A DNA stretch of 64,000 nucleotides from the NCBI GenBank assembly GCA_964016885.1, contig OZ024740.1:209994001-210058000 (forward strand), in the 5' to 3' direction. This document shows positions 52,245-64,000 of this stretch, in pieces. A program made the position numbers and the translations under genes. Position 1 is the stretch's first letter. Every line of letters starts with the position of its first letter. Origin of the DNA: Eledone cirrhosa. Taxonomy: Eukaryota. Under the pieces are notes generated by a model. The model did not search any database and was not told the DNA's origin. It saw only the letters and a list, made by a program, of their open reading frames with translations.

Positions 52245-52248
<4 letters not shown>
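51893..52248. repeat. Palindrome, ~175-bp arms
   Basis: Arms meet at CGAAATTC gatg GAATTTCG. Confidence 0.92.
51941..52005 (-). ncRNA. Type I hammerhead (twin on + at 52136-52200)
   Basis: TATTTTAT CTGATGA AAGCGCACCAAG-ATTTG-CTTGGTCGCCCTT GAAA TATATA TA ATAAAATA. Confidence 0.7.
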
Positions 52249-52332
<84 letters not shown>

Positions 52333-52742
52333 TTGCATACATATTTATGTGCACACACACATACACCCCCCTCACATCTAACGAACAACGTTACATAATC
52401 GCTTAACCCCCCCCCCCCCCACCGCCTATTTTTATGTCATATTGTATTTTCTACCCGGCGTATTTTTATTGTTACATCAAAAGTACTTTAAATTATCATG
52501 TTAGAAAAATCCTTTCCCTCGTTGTTACAGCTGCCAATTTCATTTTGATTTTTAGGATCTTTTGAGATACCTCAATTAGTAGTTTTAGTTCTTCACTGGA
52601 ATAACCAGCCCTTGTCTCACATTTCCCAAAATACGTACATATTCATGTCAACTCCCCACCCTCACTTTATTTAATTATTACCTTTCTTCTTTTTTTCTTA
52701 CACATTTTAAAAATGTACTTATATATATATATATATATATAT

Positions 52743-52837
52743 ATAGGAAAAGAGTCAGGGCCCCGGCGGCTGAGCTCAGGCCGTTTCGACAGCTAATAGC
52801 CGGAGCTCAGCCGTCGGGGTCCTGACTCTTTTCCTAT
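52743..52837. repeat. GC-rich hairpin element; relatives at 131-272 and 51612-51722
   Basis: TAGGAAAAGAGTCAGG..CGGCTGAGCTC / GAGCTCAGCCG..CCTGACTCTTTTCCTA. Confidence 0.85.
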
Positions 52838-52913
52838 TACCCACTCTACTACCCATAGTATCTAGTACTCTGGTGCATTATGGTCCACCTGGTTTCTTAT
52901 CACACTTCCTTCG

Positions 52914-52988
<75 letters not shown>

Positions 52989-52994
<6 letters not shown>

Positions 52995-53266
52995 AGGAAA
53001 AAAGATGAAATCGAAAATGCAACTGGAGTCTTTTTTTAAATATTTATTTGGTTCCTTTACCGGTTTCGCAGTTCTTGTGCTTTTCAAAAGTTGAATTGAG
53101 ATGGAGGGTTTGTGGTTTTTCTCGCATCTGGTGAAAAACCACAAACCCTCCATCTCAATTCTACTTTTGAAAAGCACAAGAACTGCGAAACCGGTAAAGG
53201 AACCAAATAAATATTTTAAAAAAGACTCCAGTTGCATTTTCGATTTCATCTTTTTTCCTTATATAT
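52989..53266. repeat. Near-perfect palindrome, ~130-bp arms
   Basis: Arms meet at GGTTTTTC tcgcatctggt GAAAAACC. Confidence 0.93.
53164..53199 (+). ncRNA. Minimal hammerhead with U3-A8 variant core (twin on - at ~53055-53090)
   Basis: CTT TTGAAAA GCA-CAAGAAC-TGC GAAA CCGG TA AAG. Confidence 0.6.
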
Positions 53267-53908
53267 TTTTTTCAACACTATTTAGTTCTATATGATTTTT
53301 TTCTTACCCTGTGTAAAACTTTATACTATTTGTTAACCTTGAATTATATATATGATGTAATTTTGTATATCTTTTGATGCCAATATATTATAATATCGTT
53401 ATTATAATGTTATTATAATGTTTTTATATTGTTTATACACACTGACAGGGAATTATATATTATATTTTATTTTTATTTTTGTCTTTATTATTATATTATA
53501 CTGTAAACAATATATATATATTTAAATACTTAATAAGTGTTAGTTTGTGTTTGTACTAATGTATATATGTATATATATATATATATATATGCATATATTA
53601 AGCTTTTTATTATCACCATCTATTATATTATATTATATATTATATTATATTCTATATCGTACTGTAATTATCGCATTATATTACCATTTGTGTTTCAAGT
53701 TTTTGCATTATATAATATTTACAATGTGGGTTCAACATGTTAATCACTTCCTTGCTATTTGGTCTATATCTATGTTTGTAACTGCTCGCTCTCAATATTA
53801 GCCTACTTTTCCTTGATATCCTTCCTAGGCTTTAATAGATGTATACTCCATATTCTTCTGAGTTTTTGGCTTGTATTGGCCGATAGTGCTTCTTGTAGCT
53901 CAGACCCG

Positions 53909-54208
53909 TACAGCAGCACAGACTCCACTACAGCAATGAAGAGGCGGATTTTCAGGCCTTTGCGAGGAGACTGACGTTAGCTGGACATGCTCACCGACAT
54001 CCAGAGTTGACATTGCACTCAGTGCTCCTGTGGGAGCCCCTACATAGACACACTAGAAGAGGAAGACCAAGGTTAACGTATGTTGATGCCCTAAGGACAG
54101 ACACTGGTCTGTTGGAGACGCAGGACATGGCAGCGATAATGAGGGACAGAGACCGCTGGAGAAAACTCGTCAATGGATCTCGGGAATTTTACCCGCATTA
54201 GATAGATA
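53909..54208 (+). pseudogene. RTE-type LINE 3' fragment with an inverted 5' piece
   Basis: Plus strand: LAGHAHRHPE..LLWEP..RGRPRLTYVD..DRDRWR. Minus strand 53909-53970: LKIRLFIAVVESVLLYGSE. Confidence 0.8.
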
Positions 54209-54477
54209 TGAAAACAAGCGTGCTGCGTGGTTGCAAATACATATGAATAAATTTAGTTCTTCATCAGTGATCTTTCGACCTTCATTGGTATTTCATCGCT
54301 TTAAAGACCATATACCTCCGGTTGGTGCGAGCAACGGCTAAAGAAAGTCGTTGGGACACGTAAATAAGGGGAACGAGAGAGACTGTAAACAATCAAAGAT
54401 GGTAATGCAACGAAAAGTGAGGAAGAGGAGTCAAGTCCCTGAAATCGATGAACATAAGTTCTGTGAAATCGTGGAGT

Positions 54478-56122
<1,645 letters not shown>

Positions 56123-56171
56123 AATGAAATGACAGGAGGCTGGATTTGTGTAAATCCTTGAAAGGTTTATT

Positions 56172-56229
56172 ATACTATGATCATTTCAATGACCGGGTTC
56201 CGTATGAATCCGGTGATATCATCAGGTAT
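56172..56229 (-). ncRNA. Type I hammerhead
   Basis: ATAC CTGATGA TATCACCGGATTC-ATACG-GAACCCGGTCATT GAAA TGATCA TA GTAT; palindromic stem III. Confidence 0.7.
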
Positions 56230-56711
56230 TCGAAATATAATACGTGAATGTAATAGGTAAAATCCATGGGGCTGAAAATCGAGACCCGAGGGCGACCGCT
56301 ATTCTGTTCCTTCAACCTCAGCCGGTCGCCCTGGAGTGACGTGGCTAAATTTTATAGTATGCTACTACCGGTCAGATGAACGAAAACAGAAAGAGATGGG
56401 AGCATAGGTTAACGTCGATCCCATGACACAAGGTAAAAGAAAGAAAGAAAGGAAGGAGAAGAAGGGGGAAGAAAGAAGAAGAGAAGTCAGGGTTAATGTC
56501 AGCTAAAAGAGGAAGGTAACTACTACTGGTCAGATATAGGCAAGCAAGAGGGGGAAGGAAGATAAGTCTGCAGGGAGGAGGAGAGGAGAGAAGGAAGGGA
56601 AGAGAGAAGTAGAAAAGTAAGGGTTGATGGCTACAAGAAGGAAGATAGAAAGGAAGAGGAAGAAAGGTCGATATTAATGTCAGACCACATATATATATAT
56701 ATGTATATATA

Positions 56712-56754
<43 letters not shown>

Positions 56755-56793
56755 GTGTATATATATATATGTGTATATATATATATATATGTG

Positions 56794-56846
<53 letters not shown>

Positions 56847-56853
56847 GTATATA

Positions 56854-57031
<178 letters not shown>

Positions 57032-57032
57032 T

Positions 57033-60000
57033 ACTCTTTTACTCTTTTACCTGTTTCAGCCATCCGGCTGAGGCCATGCTGGGGCACCGCCATTGTTGCT
57101 ACACATTTTATCTCCAGCATGTATAGGTTGGCCACTGGTGTAGGAGGGAGTTTGTTGCTGCTGCCCTTAGGTTTCCCTCGTGTCTTGCTGTGGGCTCATC
57201 CGGGATCCTGGATAACAAGGTGTCGAGATGTTTCTTAAAGACATCCACCTCCACGTCATGCAAGTCTCTCAGATGCCTCGGCAGCCTGTTGAAGAGTTGA
57301 GGGCCCTTGAATCCCAGGCTATTGCAATACCTGCTCCTTATTCTAGATGTGGAAGACGGGACCTTTGGCACCACACAGTGACGTCCTGTTCGACGGTTGG
57401 TCCAGCTTCCAATGCCAAAGTTTGGTGCTAGTCCCTCCAGGATTTTCCACATGTAGATCACTGCGTATCTCTCCCGTCTTCGCTCCAAGGAGTAGAGATT
57501 CAGTTCCTTTAGCCTCTCCCAGTAGCTTGTCTCCCTCATCTTGGCAATCCTCTTGGTGTAGCTTCGCTGGATTGCCTCAAGCTCCGTGGTTAGTTTGACA
57601 CTATGGGGTGACCACAGCTGGGAGCTGTAGTCCAGGCGGCTTAGGACAAAAGTCCTCCACAGTGTCAACATGGTGTCTCGATCTCTTGTAAGGAAAGTCC
57701 TCAAGATCCAGCCAGCGAATCGTCTACATGTTGTCGCCACCTTCATGATGTGTGAAGAAAAAGATGCATCATCGCTCATGTCTATGCCCAGGTCTCGTAT
57801 CGATTTTGACACGGGGATATCGGTCCCTCCTGGTCCTGTATAGCTGTGTTCCACTATATTTGTGTTTGCAGGTTTGTATTGTAGGGCTTGGAATTTGCCA
57901 GCATTAAACTGCATGTTGTTTTCTTCCGCCCATCTGTATATGGCATCCAGATCCTGCTGTAAAAGGGCAGCGTCAGCCGGGTTTTTGATTGCCTGTGCTA
58001 CCTTAGTGTCATCAGCATAGCTAGTGAGGGATGTTGTTGCATGCACCACAGAGGGCATGTCCGAGAGAGCCACCAAAAACAGTAGTGGTCCCAGGACTGT
58101 CCCCTGGGGCACCCCACTTGTTATCGGTGTTTCCCTCGAGAGGGCCCCATTTGCTGCGACTTCCTGGCTTCTGTCCCTTAGGAAGCCATGCAGCCACTCA
58201 CCTACTTTTCCAGTTATGCCGAGTCCGTGTAGTTTGTGACATATCATTCCGTGGTCGACCTTGTCAAAGGCCTTCGCAAAGTCAAGATATATCACGTCCA
58301 CATGTGAGCTGTCTAGTAGTTGTCTCAGTACCCAGTCGTAGTGATGTAGCAGCTGTGTAAGGCAGCTTCTTCCTGGGCGGAAGCCATGTTGCGTGCTAGT
58401 CAGGCGGTCATTTTCTTCGAGGAAAGTGATTAGTTTCTTTCTGACGACTCGCTCCATGACCTTACTGATATGCGACGTCAGGGAGACTGGCCTATAGTTC
58501 TTGGCCTCCGCTCTACTACCTCCTTTATGGATAGGGCATATTGTGCCTTCTTTCAGCTCCCTGGGTAGTACACCGCTAGCCAAGGAGCTTCTGAAGAGCA
58601 TCTTCAGTGGAGTTGCTAAGGCCTGCTTACATATTTTTAGGAGAACTGCTGGGAATCCATCAGGTCCAGCAGCCGAGTCTGTTCTAATTTCATCAATGGC
58701 GTACACCACATCCTCCTCCGTTATGTCTATGTGGTTGATGGTTGCCATTTCTTGATGTAGTGTTGTGGCATCAAAGAACTCCTCTGGCTTCGTTATTTGC
58801 ATGTGCCTCAGTGGACATGTGAAGACACTTTTGTACTGTTCGTTCAGTATTTCACATATCTCTTGGGGATTTTCGGTTAATGAACCGTCCGTGTGGAAGA
58901 GTGGTCCGATCTTGCAGTGTACTGAGGCAGTTTCTTTTGCAAATTTAAAGAAGGCCTTAGGGTTTGTTTTAATGTTTTCTATGGCCCTGTTCTCTTTCTT
59001 TGCCCTCTCATTCTCATGTGAAAGTTTGAGTGCAATATCGGTGTCAAGTAGTGCACGTTTCAAATAGGATTCCTTCTTGTTTTTGTTTTGTTGACTATTC
59101 AACTGGTTTGAGAGTTTAGTTCTACGTCTCATAAGGATTTTCCTATCTCTGGGAATAAGATTTTTGTGTCTGTTTGCCTCTTTCTCCGGGACACACTTTT
59201 TGCATATGGTGTGTATCGTTGTCATGAAGTGTTGAAATTGTGTGTTAGTGTCTTGTGTGGCGGTGTTTTCACTCCATGTTTGCTTCCGGATTTCACTCTT
59301 AATCTTTTTCCAGTTAGCCTTGTAGAAGTTAAGGTTGGATAGCGTCCCAGAGCTTCTTGGTGGTTTTGTCTCTGTTGGTTCTCTTGGACCACATATCATT
59401 AGCTCTACTAAGTTATGATCCGAGAGAATTGTTGGTGTCACCTTTACATTGTGGATGAGCACTTCGTTGTTTGTAAAACAGAGGTCCAGGACATTTTCGC
59501 CTCTTGTTGGGAGGAGTATTGCTTGCTCCATGAACAGCCTGTGTGTGAGGGCCAGCAGGGATTCCGCCTGTCTCTGTTCTATTGACGTCATTCCAGGGAG
59601 GAGGTGGCCCTCAGGCCATTTGACCTTTGGTAGGTTGAAGTCTCCCAGCAGTAGGATGTTGAGACCCTGGTCCAGTTTGTCAAGGACCTCTTCTATCCTA
59701 CTTAGGCTATCCTCAAATTTACCCTCATGACTGGGGGCATCGGGCGGCCGATATGTGACACATATTACTGTCTGTAGTTGCTTCATATGTATTATCAGTG
59801 TGTCACAGACTGAGTTTGAATGTGTCAACAGTACAATTGGTGTGACATCTTCACGGATATACAGAGCAACCCCACCATGAGTTCTCTCCTTCCTGTCCGA
59901 ACGAAATACAGTATATTTCGGTATATGTATTTCTGCATCTGCTATACTGCTTGTCAGGTGCGTTTCAGTTAGTGCCATGCATAGTGCTTGGTTGCTTATG

Positions 60001-60186
60001 GCTAAGTCTCCCAGGTAGGAAATTTTACTCATGTTGCTGAGTTTCACCCGGCCCCTGACATTCAGCAGCAGCACTGGTGTGACTTTTGGGGTGCCAGTAA
60101 TGGCTGTCGGTATGACACCTGGTCTGATATGTATGAAGGACAACAGCTGTATAAAAGGGTGCAGGGCGATCAAAATTCATGAGGCC
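57033..60186 (-). mobile_element. CR1-group LINE, ORF1 mostly missing; short 3'UTR ends in (TAAAAGAG)2 against a (TA)n tract
   Basis: ORF2 above, followed by a 75-nt 3'UTR containing GGCGGTGCCCCAGCATGGCC...CTGAAACAGGTAAAAGAGTAAAAGAG. Confidence 0.88.
57108..60173 (-). CDS. LINE ORF2: apurinic endonuclease + reverse transcriptase, CR1-group non-LTR retrotransposon, uninterrupted
   Basis: 1021-aa ORF with APE motifs (LNVRG, LTETHL, YRPP, LGDFN, LDLCF, SDHN) and RT motifs ([35 protein letters not shown]), plus a CR1-type C-terminus ([21 protein letters not shown]). Confidence 0.95.
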   Translation of the reverse strand: MIALHPFIQLLSFIHIRPGVIPTAITGTPKVTPVLLLNVRGRVKLSNMSKISYLGDLAISNQALCMALTETHLTSSIADAEIHIPKYTVFRSDRKERTHGGVALYIREDVTPIVLLTHSNSVCDTLIIHMKQLQTVICVTYRPPDAPSHEGKFEDSLSRIEEVLDKLDQGLNILLLGDFNLPKVKWPEGHLLPGMTSIEQRQAESLLALTHRLFMEQAILLPTRGENVLDLCFTNNEVLIHNVKVTPTILSDHNLVELMICGPREPTETKPPRSSGTLSNLNFYKANWKKIKSEIRKQTWSENTATQDTNTQFQHFMTTIHTICKKCVPEKEANRHKNLIPRDRKILMRRRTKLSNQLNSQQNKNKKESYLKRALLDTDIALKLSHENERAKKENRAIENIKTNPKAFFKFAKETASVHCKIGPLFHTDGSLTENPQEICEILNEQYKSVFTCPLRHMQITKPEEFFDATTLHQEMATINHIDITEEDVVYAIDEIRTDSAAGPDGFPAVLLKICKQALATPLKMLFRSSLASGVLPRELKEGTICPIHKGGSRAEAKNYRPVSLTSHISKVMERVVRKKLITFLEENDRLTSTQHGFRPGRSCLTQLLHHYDWVLRQLLDSSHVDVIYLDFAKAFDKVDHGMICHKLHGLGITGKVGEWLHGFLRDRSQEVAANGALSRETPITSGVPQGTVLGPLLFLVALSDMPSVVHATTSLTSYADDTKVAQAIKNPADAALLQQDLDAIYRWAEENNMQFNAGKFQALQYKPANTNIVEHSYTGPGGTDIPVSKSIRDLGIDMSDDASFSSHIMKVATTCRRFAGWILRTFLTRDRDTMLTLWRTFVLSRLDYSSQLWSPHSVKLTTELEAIQRSYTKRIAKMRETSYWERLKELNLYSLERRRERYAVIYMWKILEGLAPNFGIGSWTNRRTGRHCVVPKVPSSTSRIRSRYCNSLGFKGPQLFNRLPRHLRDLHDVEVDVFKKHLDTLLSRIPDEPTARHEGNLRAAATNSLLHQWPTYTCWR

Positions 60187-60637
60187 TTATAGTAGGTAGA
60201 TCCAAGAAGACATGGGATGAGGTGATAAAAGCTGATCTTGCACAACTGAACCTCTCAAAGACACAGGATCGAGATCTTTGGTGTTATGCAGTAATACAGA
60301 AGACACACCTTCATATGTGCACAGACTCAAACATACATTTAGTAGACACCTCTTAACCACTATACCCCCACCCACCCACTCCTCTCCACACCACCCTCAC
60401 ACTGTGAATAAAACATATCCAGCCCATACTGAAAAGTGGTCATGTAGGTATCACGACAAAAAGCACCCAGCATACACTGTAAATGTGGTTGGCGTTAGGA
60501 AGGGCATCCATCCGTAGAAACCTAGCCAGAAACTGTCTTTTAAGGGTAAGATACGGGCATCTGATCCAACTTACCTTAAATGGAACGACCCGTCTAACCC
60601 ATGCTAGCGTGGAAAATGGTCATTAAAGGATGATGAT
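60187..60637 (+). mobile_element. 5'-truncated RTE LINE 3' end
   Basis: GRSKKTWDEVIKADL..QDRDLWCYAV plus the same UTR and (GAT)n tail. Confidence 0.85.
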
Positions 60638-60646
60638 ATATATATA

Positions 60647-60678
60647 TTGAAAAAGGACTTCTGTCCGAAACGTTCAAA
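60647..60678 (+). ncRNA. 5'-truncated minimal hammerhead with U3-A8 core
   Basis: TTGAAAA A GGAC-TTCT-GTCC GAAA CG TT; the 5' strand of stem I is replaced by (TA)n. Confidence 0.45.
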
Positions 60679-60959
60679 CCACCTCAATATAATCGTAATC
60701 TACGCCTTGGAAAACGTTTCTGTGAAAAAAAACCCAATAAAATATATGCAGTACAGATACATCGGCGATTTCTGGTAACATGGCCCAGACAAAATTTTGA
60801 GCAGGAACTTGAAATTTCCCCCAGTCACTAAGTTATATTACCTCGCATCTGTCATTGAATGTAGTCGCGCTCATTTTAACTATTTATACTGCTGGTGATA
60901 CCACAATTTGGCTCAAATTCAACCCTAGCCAATCGCTTCGAACAGAGATGCCAGTGTCA

Positions 60960-61512
60960 AACATAACTATCCGCCTATTTCAATTCAAGAGAATATTGAC
61001 TTGTTGAAAAAAGTAACGGTGGTCTTACAGAGAGGATGCTTCGTAAAATCTATGGCAATGGTTGATCAACTGTTTATGATATAAAGAAGCAAAGGAAATA
61101 TACTTTTGAAATTGCATTCAAACAATGGTTGCAAGAAGTAAATGAACATTGAACAACAATAAAACGTGATAAAAATATAGAATACGATTGAGTGAAATGG
61201 TTTCGACTCCATCGGAGTGACGGAGTGGAACATCAAGTAGCTTAATAATTGTTTCTACTTTTGGCACAAGGCCAGCAATTACCCAGTGTATTACTGTTAA
61301 TAATGAAGCAAGCTCAGTTGTGAATTAAAGAACTTAACGTGGAATATGAGTATGATTATAGGGAAGGATGGCTTCAAAGATTCCAGAACCGTCATGGAGT
61401 TTCCTTCCATAAAGTGTGTGGCGAGGAGCGGCCTGGAAACCAAGAAGTATGAATGAATTTGTCAATCTCGTAGGTGACAAGCACCTCAGTCCAGAGCAGG
61501 TGTATAATGCAG
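60960..61512 (+). pseudogene. Tigger/Jerky (pogo) transposase remnant
   Basis: SIQENIDLLKK, STVYDIKKQ, KWFRLHRSDGV, LIMKQA, EGWLQRFQNRHGV, HLSPEQVYNA; interrupted by a SINE tail (61246-61296) with a TTAATAAT duplication. Confidence 0.78.
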
Positions 61513-61701
61513 GCGGTGGATTGGCAGTATCGGTAGAGGGTCGGACGCCATGCTCTGACGCATAGAGTTATGGCCCTTGCCATTCTGAGTTCAAATCCCG
61601 CTGAGGTTAACTTTGCCTTTCATCCTTACGGGGTCGATAAAATAAAGTACCAGTAATGCACTGGGTAATTGCTGGCCTTGTGCCAAAAGTAGAAACAATT
61701 A
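61512..61701 (+). mobile_element. tRNA-derived CORE SINE (octopus OK/OR-like), short-tail form
   Basis: A box TGGCAGTATCGG, B box GAGTTCAAATC, core CTTTGCCTTTCATCCTTACGGGGTCGATAAAATAAAGTACCAG; about 20 copies in the window. Confidence 0.88.
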
Positions 61702-61715
61702 TATTAGTATTACAA

Positions 61716-61935
61716 GGCGGTTGATTGGCAGTATCGGTAGAGGGTCAGACGCCATGATTTACAGCATAGAGTTACGGCCCTTTATGATCTGAGTTCAAAT
61801 CCCGCCGAGGTTAACTTTGCCTTTTATCCTTACGGCGTCGATAAAATAAAGTACCAGTAACGCACTGGGGTCGATTTAAATCGACTTTCCTCTCCTCCCA
61901 AAATTGCTGGCCTTGTGCCTATATATAAAACCATC
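61716..61935 (+). mobile_element. tRNA-derived CORE SINE, long-tail form
   Basis: Same head and core, with an extra GTCGATTTAAATCGAC...CCCAAA segment. Confidence 0.85.
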
Positions 61936-62186
61936 ATATTAGCATTACACACATAGGAAAGCATTAAAAACGGAAGACGAAGGAACATCAAGAGGATTCA
62001 AGCTGTTTAAAGATAGACTTACCGTTAGGATGTTCATATGCATAGAGTTAAATTGTTGGTGATGGGAAGGATTGAATGCCTGAGGGCCATGGAAGTTATT
62101 AACAGTTATCCCGTAATATGTCATACAATCAAAAATAATTGGATTGTAACCGAAATTACCTTAGAATAGCTTGAAAAACGTGTGCT

Positions 62187-62274
<88 letters not shown>

Positions 62275-62445
62275 TGTGTCTGTGTGTGTGTGTGTGTGTG
62301 AAGCCAGAACAAACAGTACATCCGTATGCTTACCAAGAAACTCGCGTGTAAGATAAATATTTACGTCACTTATCCAACTGTAAAGTCAAAGAATACTGCA
62401 CTGTCTAAAGGCTAAGTGTCATTCACTTTTCATAAACGCATGCAA

Positions 62446-62634
62446 GGGTCAGCTGAAAAGTTCATAGGCTGACCCAAATACTCTCATGGAATGACCAAAT
62501 GAGGTTTATTTTTCAACATAGTCCATGGAAAGAAACAAAGCAGTTATTGATAAGAAGAATTGACATTAATTCATGTACGCTTTCACAGCTTTAGTATTAC
62601 TCTTTTATAGGCTACTAAGTTTTCAGCCTACCCG
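62446..62634. mobile_element. mariner-like MITE
   Basis: TIRs GGGTCAGCTGAAAAGTT / AAGTTTTCAGCCTACCC. Confidence 0.55.
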
Positions 62635-63259
62635 CATATTAGATGCGATGAATGCTATGCTAGCAACTCTGCACTAACATTTATTTAAGGGTTTGCTTTT
62701 ATGTATATTGTTAAAGGATGGGAGAATTTGGAAGCCTTCACAGTAAAGAAAGCCTGACATAAGTTCTGGCCTGCGTGGGGAAAATATTAACGATTTCACT
62801 GGCTTTCATTTAACAAAGGAAAATATTCACGAGTTTGCTTGAATATGAAAACATTACAGGAGATGTTGCCTAGGATATAGCAGATAACTTTAATGAAGAA
62901 ATTCTGGTCAAGTGGATGAGTGTTTAGTACCCTGGTCAGCCATGACTAAGCAGACATGGGACAAAGGTGTACCAGCCATGGTCAACTCATGAGTATCTCA
63001 GGTATTGCGTATTTATCCAATGATATCCTTTCTTTTCAAGATTGAGGGAGTTTAGGTTGATATTTATCGTTAAATTCGTGTCGCAAACAAAACTTAATGC
63101 CACAAAACATTTTATGTCAGTGTAAAAGGTTTGGTAAACTCTACCCTGTATCGTAAAGTGCAGCAAAGTAGGAAGTAGGCAGGTGGAAGCTGAACTTCGT
63201 TCATCGAAAATTTGTTGTTTACAAATTAAATAAAAACAACAACTCATAATCATATCAAG

Positions 63260-63465
63260 GGTGGTGGATTGGCAGAATTGGTAGAGCGTCGGATAAAATG
63301 CCATTTCTGTATTTGTTCTGGCTTTTTACATTCTGAGTTCAAATCCTGCCATGGCTAACTTTGCCATTCATCCTTCGATAGAATAAAGTACCATTCAAGT
63401 ACTGGGTTTGATTTAGTCGTCGACTTTGCCATTTCCCCAAATTTGCTGGTTTTATGTCTAAATTA
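63260..63465 (+). mobile_element. tRNA-derived CORE SINE
   Basis: Diverged long-tail form. Confidence 0.75.
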
Positions 63466-63628
63466 TACATCAATATATGTCATTAACATGCACCAAGTTA
63501 ATGCATAATGTATAATGTATATTGAGCCAGAAGAACTCGTTGCTTCTGAATCAGAACAACATTCTTTGTTCAGCAATTTCACTGCACAATAAATTATCTG
63601 TCAAATTCACAGTGCTATACAAATAATT

Positions 63629-63724
<96 letters not shown>

Positions 63725-64000
63725 AAGAAAAAGGGATCGAAGTTTCAGTTCAACATATTTTATTATTCGTAATCACAAACGAGTGGGACACACCCTGACA
63801 CTAATCTACACTGAGTCTGGGGAGTAAATCAAGCCTCGAAACGAGCTGATTGTAACCTATTAAAACTCCGAGCTGTGTCATTTGCAAAACATGTGTTACA
63901 CGTGACTACGAATAACATCAATCTTCAACCCCTCTTTCTTAATATAAACACTCTACATATTACTCCAATAACAAACTGATGTCGGTTTAATACACATTTT

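Noticed and set aside
54255-54302. Hammerhead-like pieces on the minus strand (GGTCGAAAGATC, CTGATGA)
   Set aside because: Core elements are in the wrong order or incomplete, and the stems do not close.

Overview
AT-rich, repeat-dominated eukaryotic DNA, most likely from an octopus or other coleoid cephalopod. This is inferred from the tRNA/CORE SINEs resembling the octopus OK/OR families and the very dense (TA)n, (CA)n and (CAT)n microsatellites. I see no convincing host protein-coding gene, so the window looks intronic or intergenic. Main mobile elements: a decayed full-length Helitron (25668-31529, -), non-autonomous Helitrons, an intact 1021-aa APE-RT ORF of a CR1-group LINE (57108-60173, -), many 5'-truncated RTE copies, CR1, CRE-like and Tx1-like fragments, a Tigger/Jerky-type transposase remnant, hAT, piggyBac and pogo MITEs, and about 20 SINEs. 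The most unusual signal is a set of short non-coding inserts sitting in (TA)n tracts. They are mostly unrelated in sequence but share a fold-back (inverted duplication) architecture, and at least 7 of them carry a hand-foldable type I hammerhead ribozyme, with 3 more carrying a U3-A8 covariant core. One (20645-21360) has an intact hammerhead and a circularly permuted ~510-nt unit, as expected of a retrozyme-like circular or tandem RNA, presumably mobilised by a Penelope-like element. A consensus-quality AG|GTAAGT recursive-splice-like site lies at ~8385 on the minus strand. All structures were read by eye and none has been verified computationally or experimentally.
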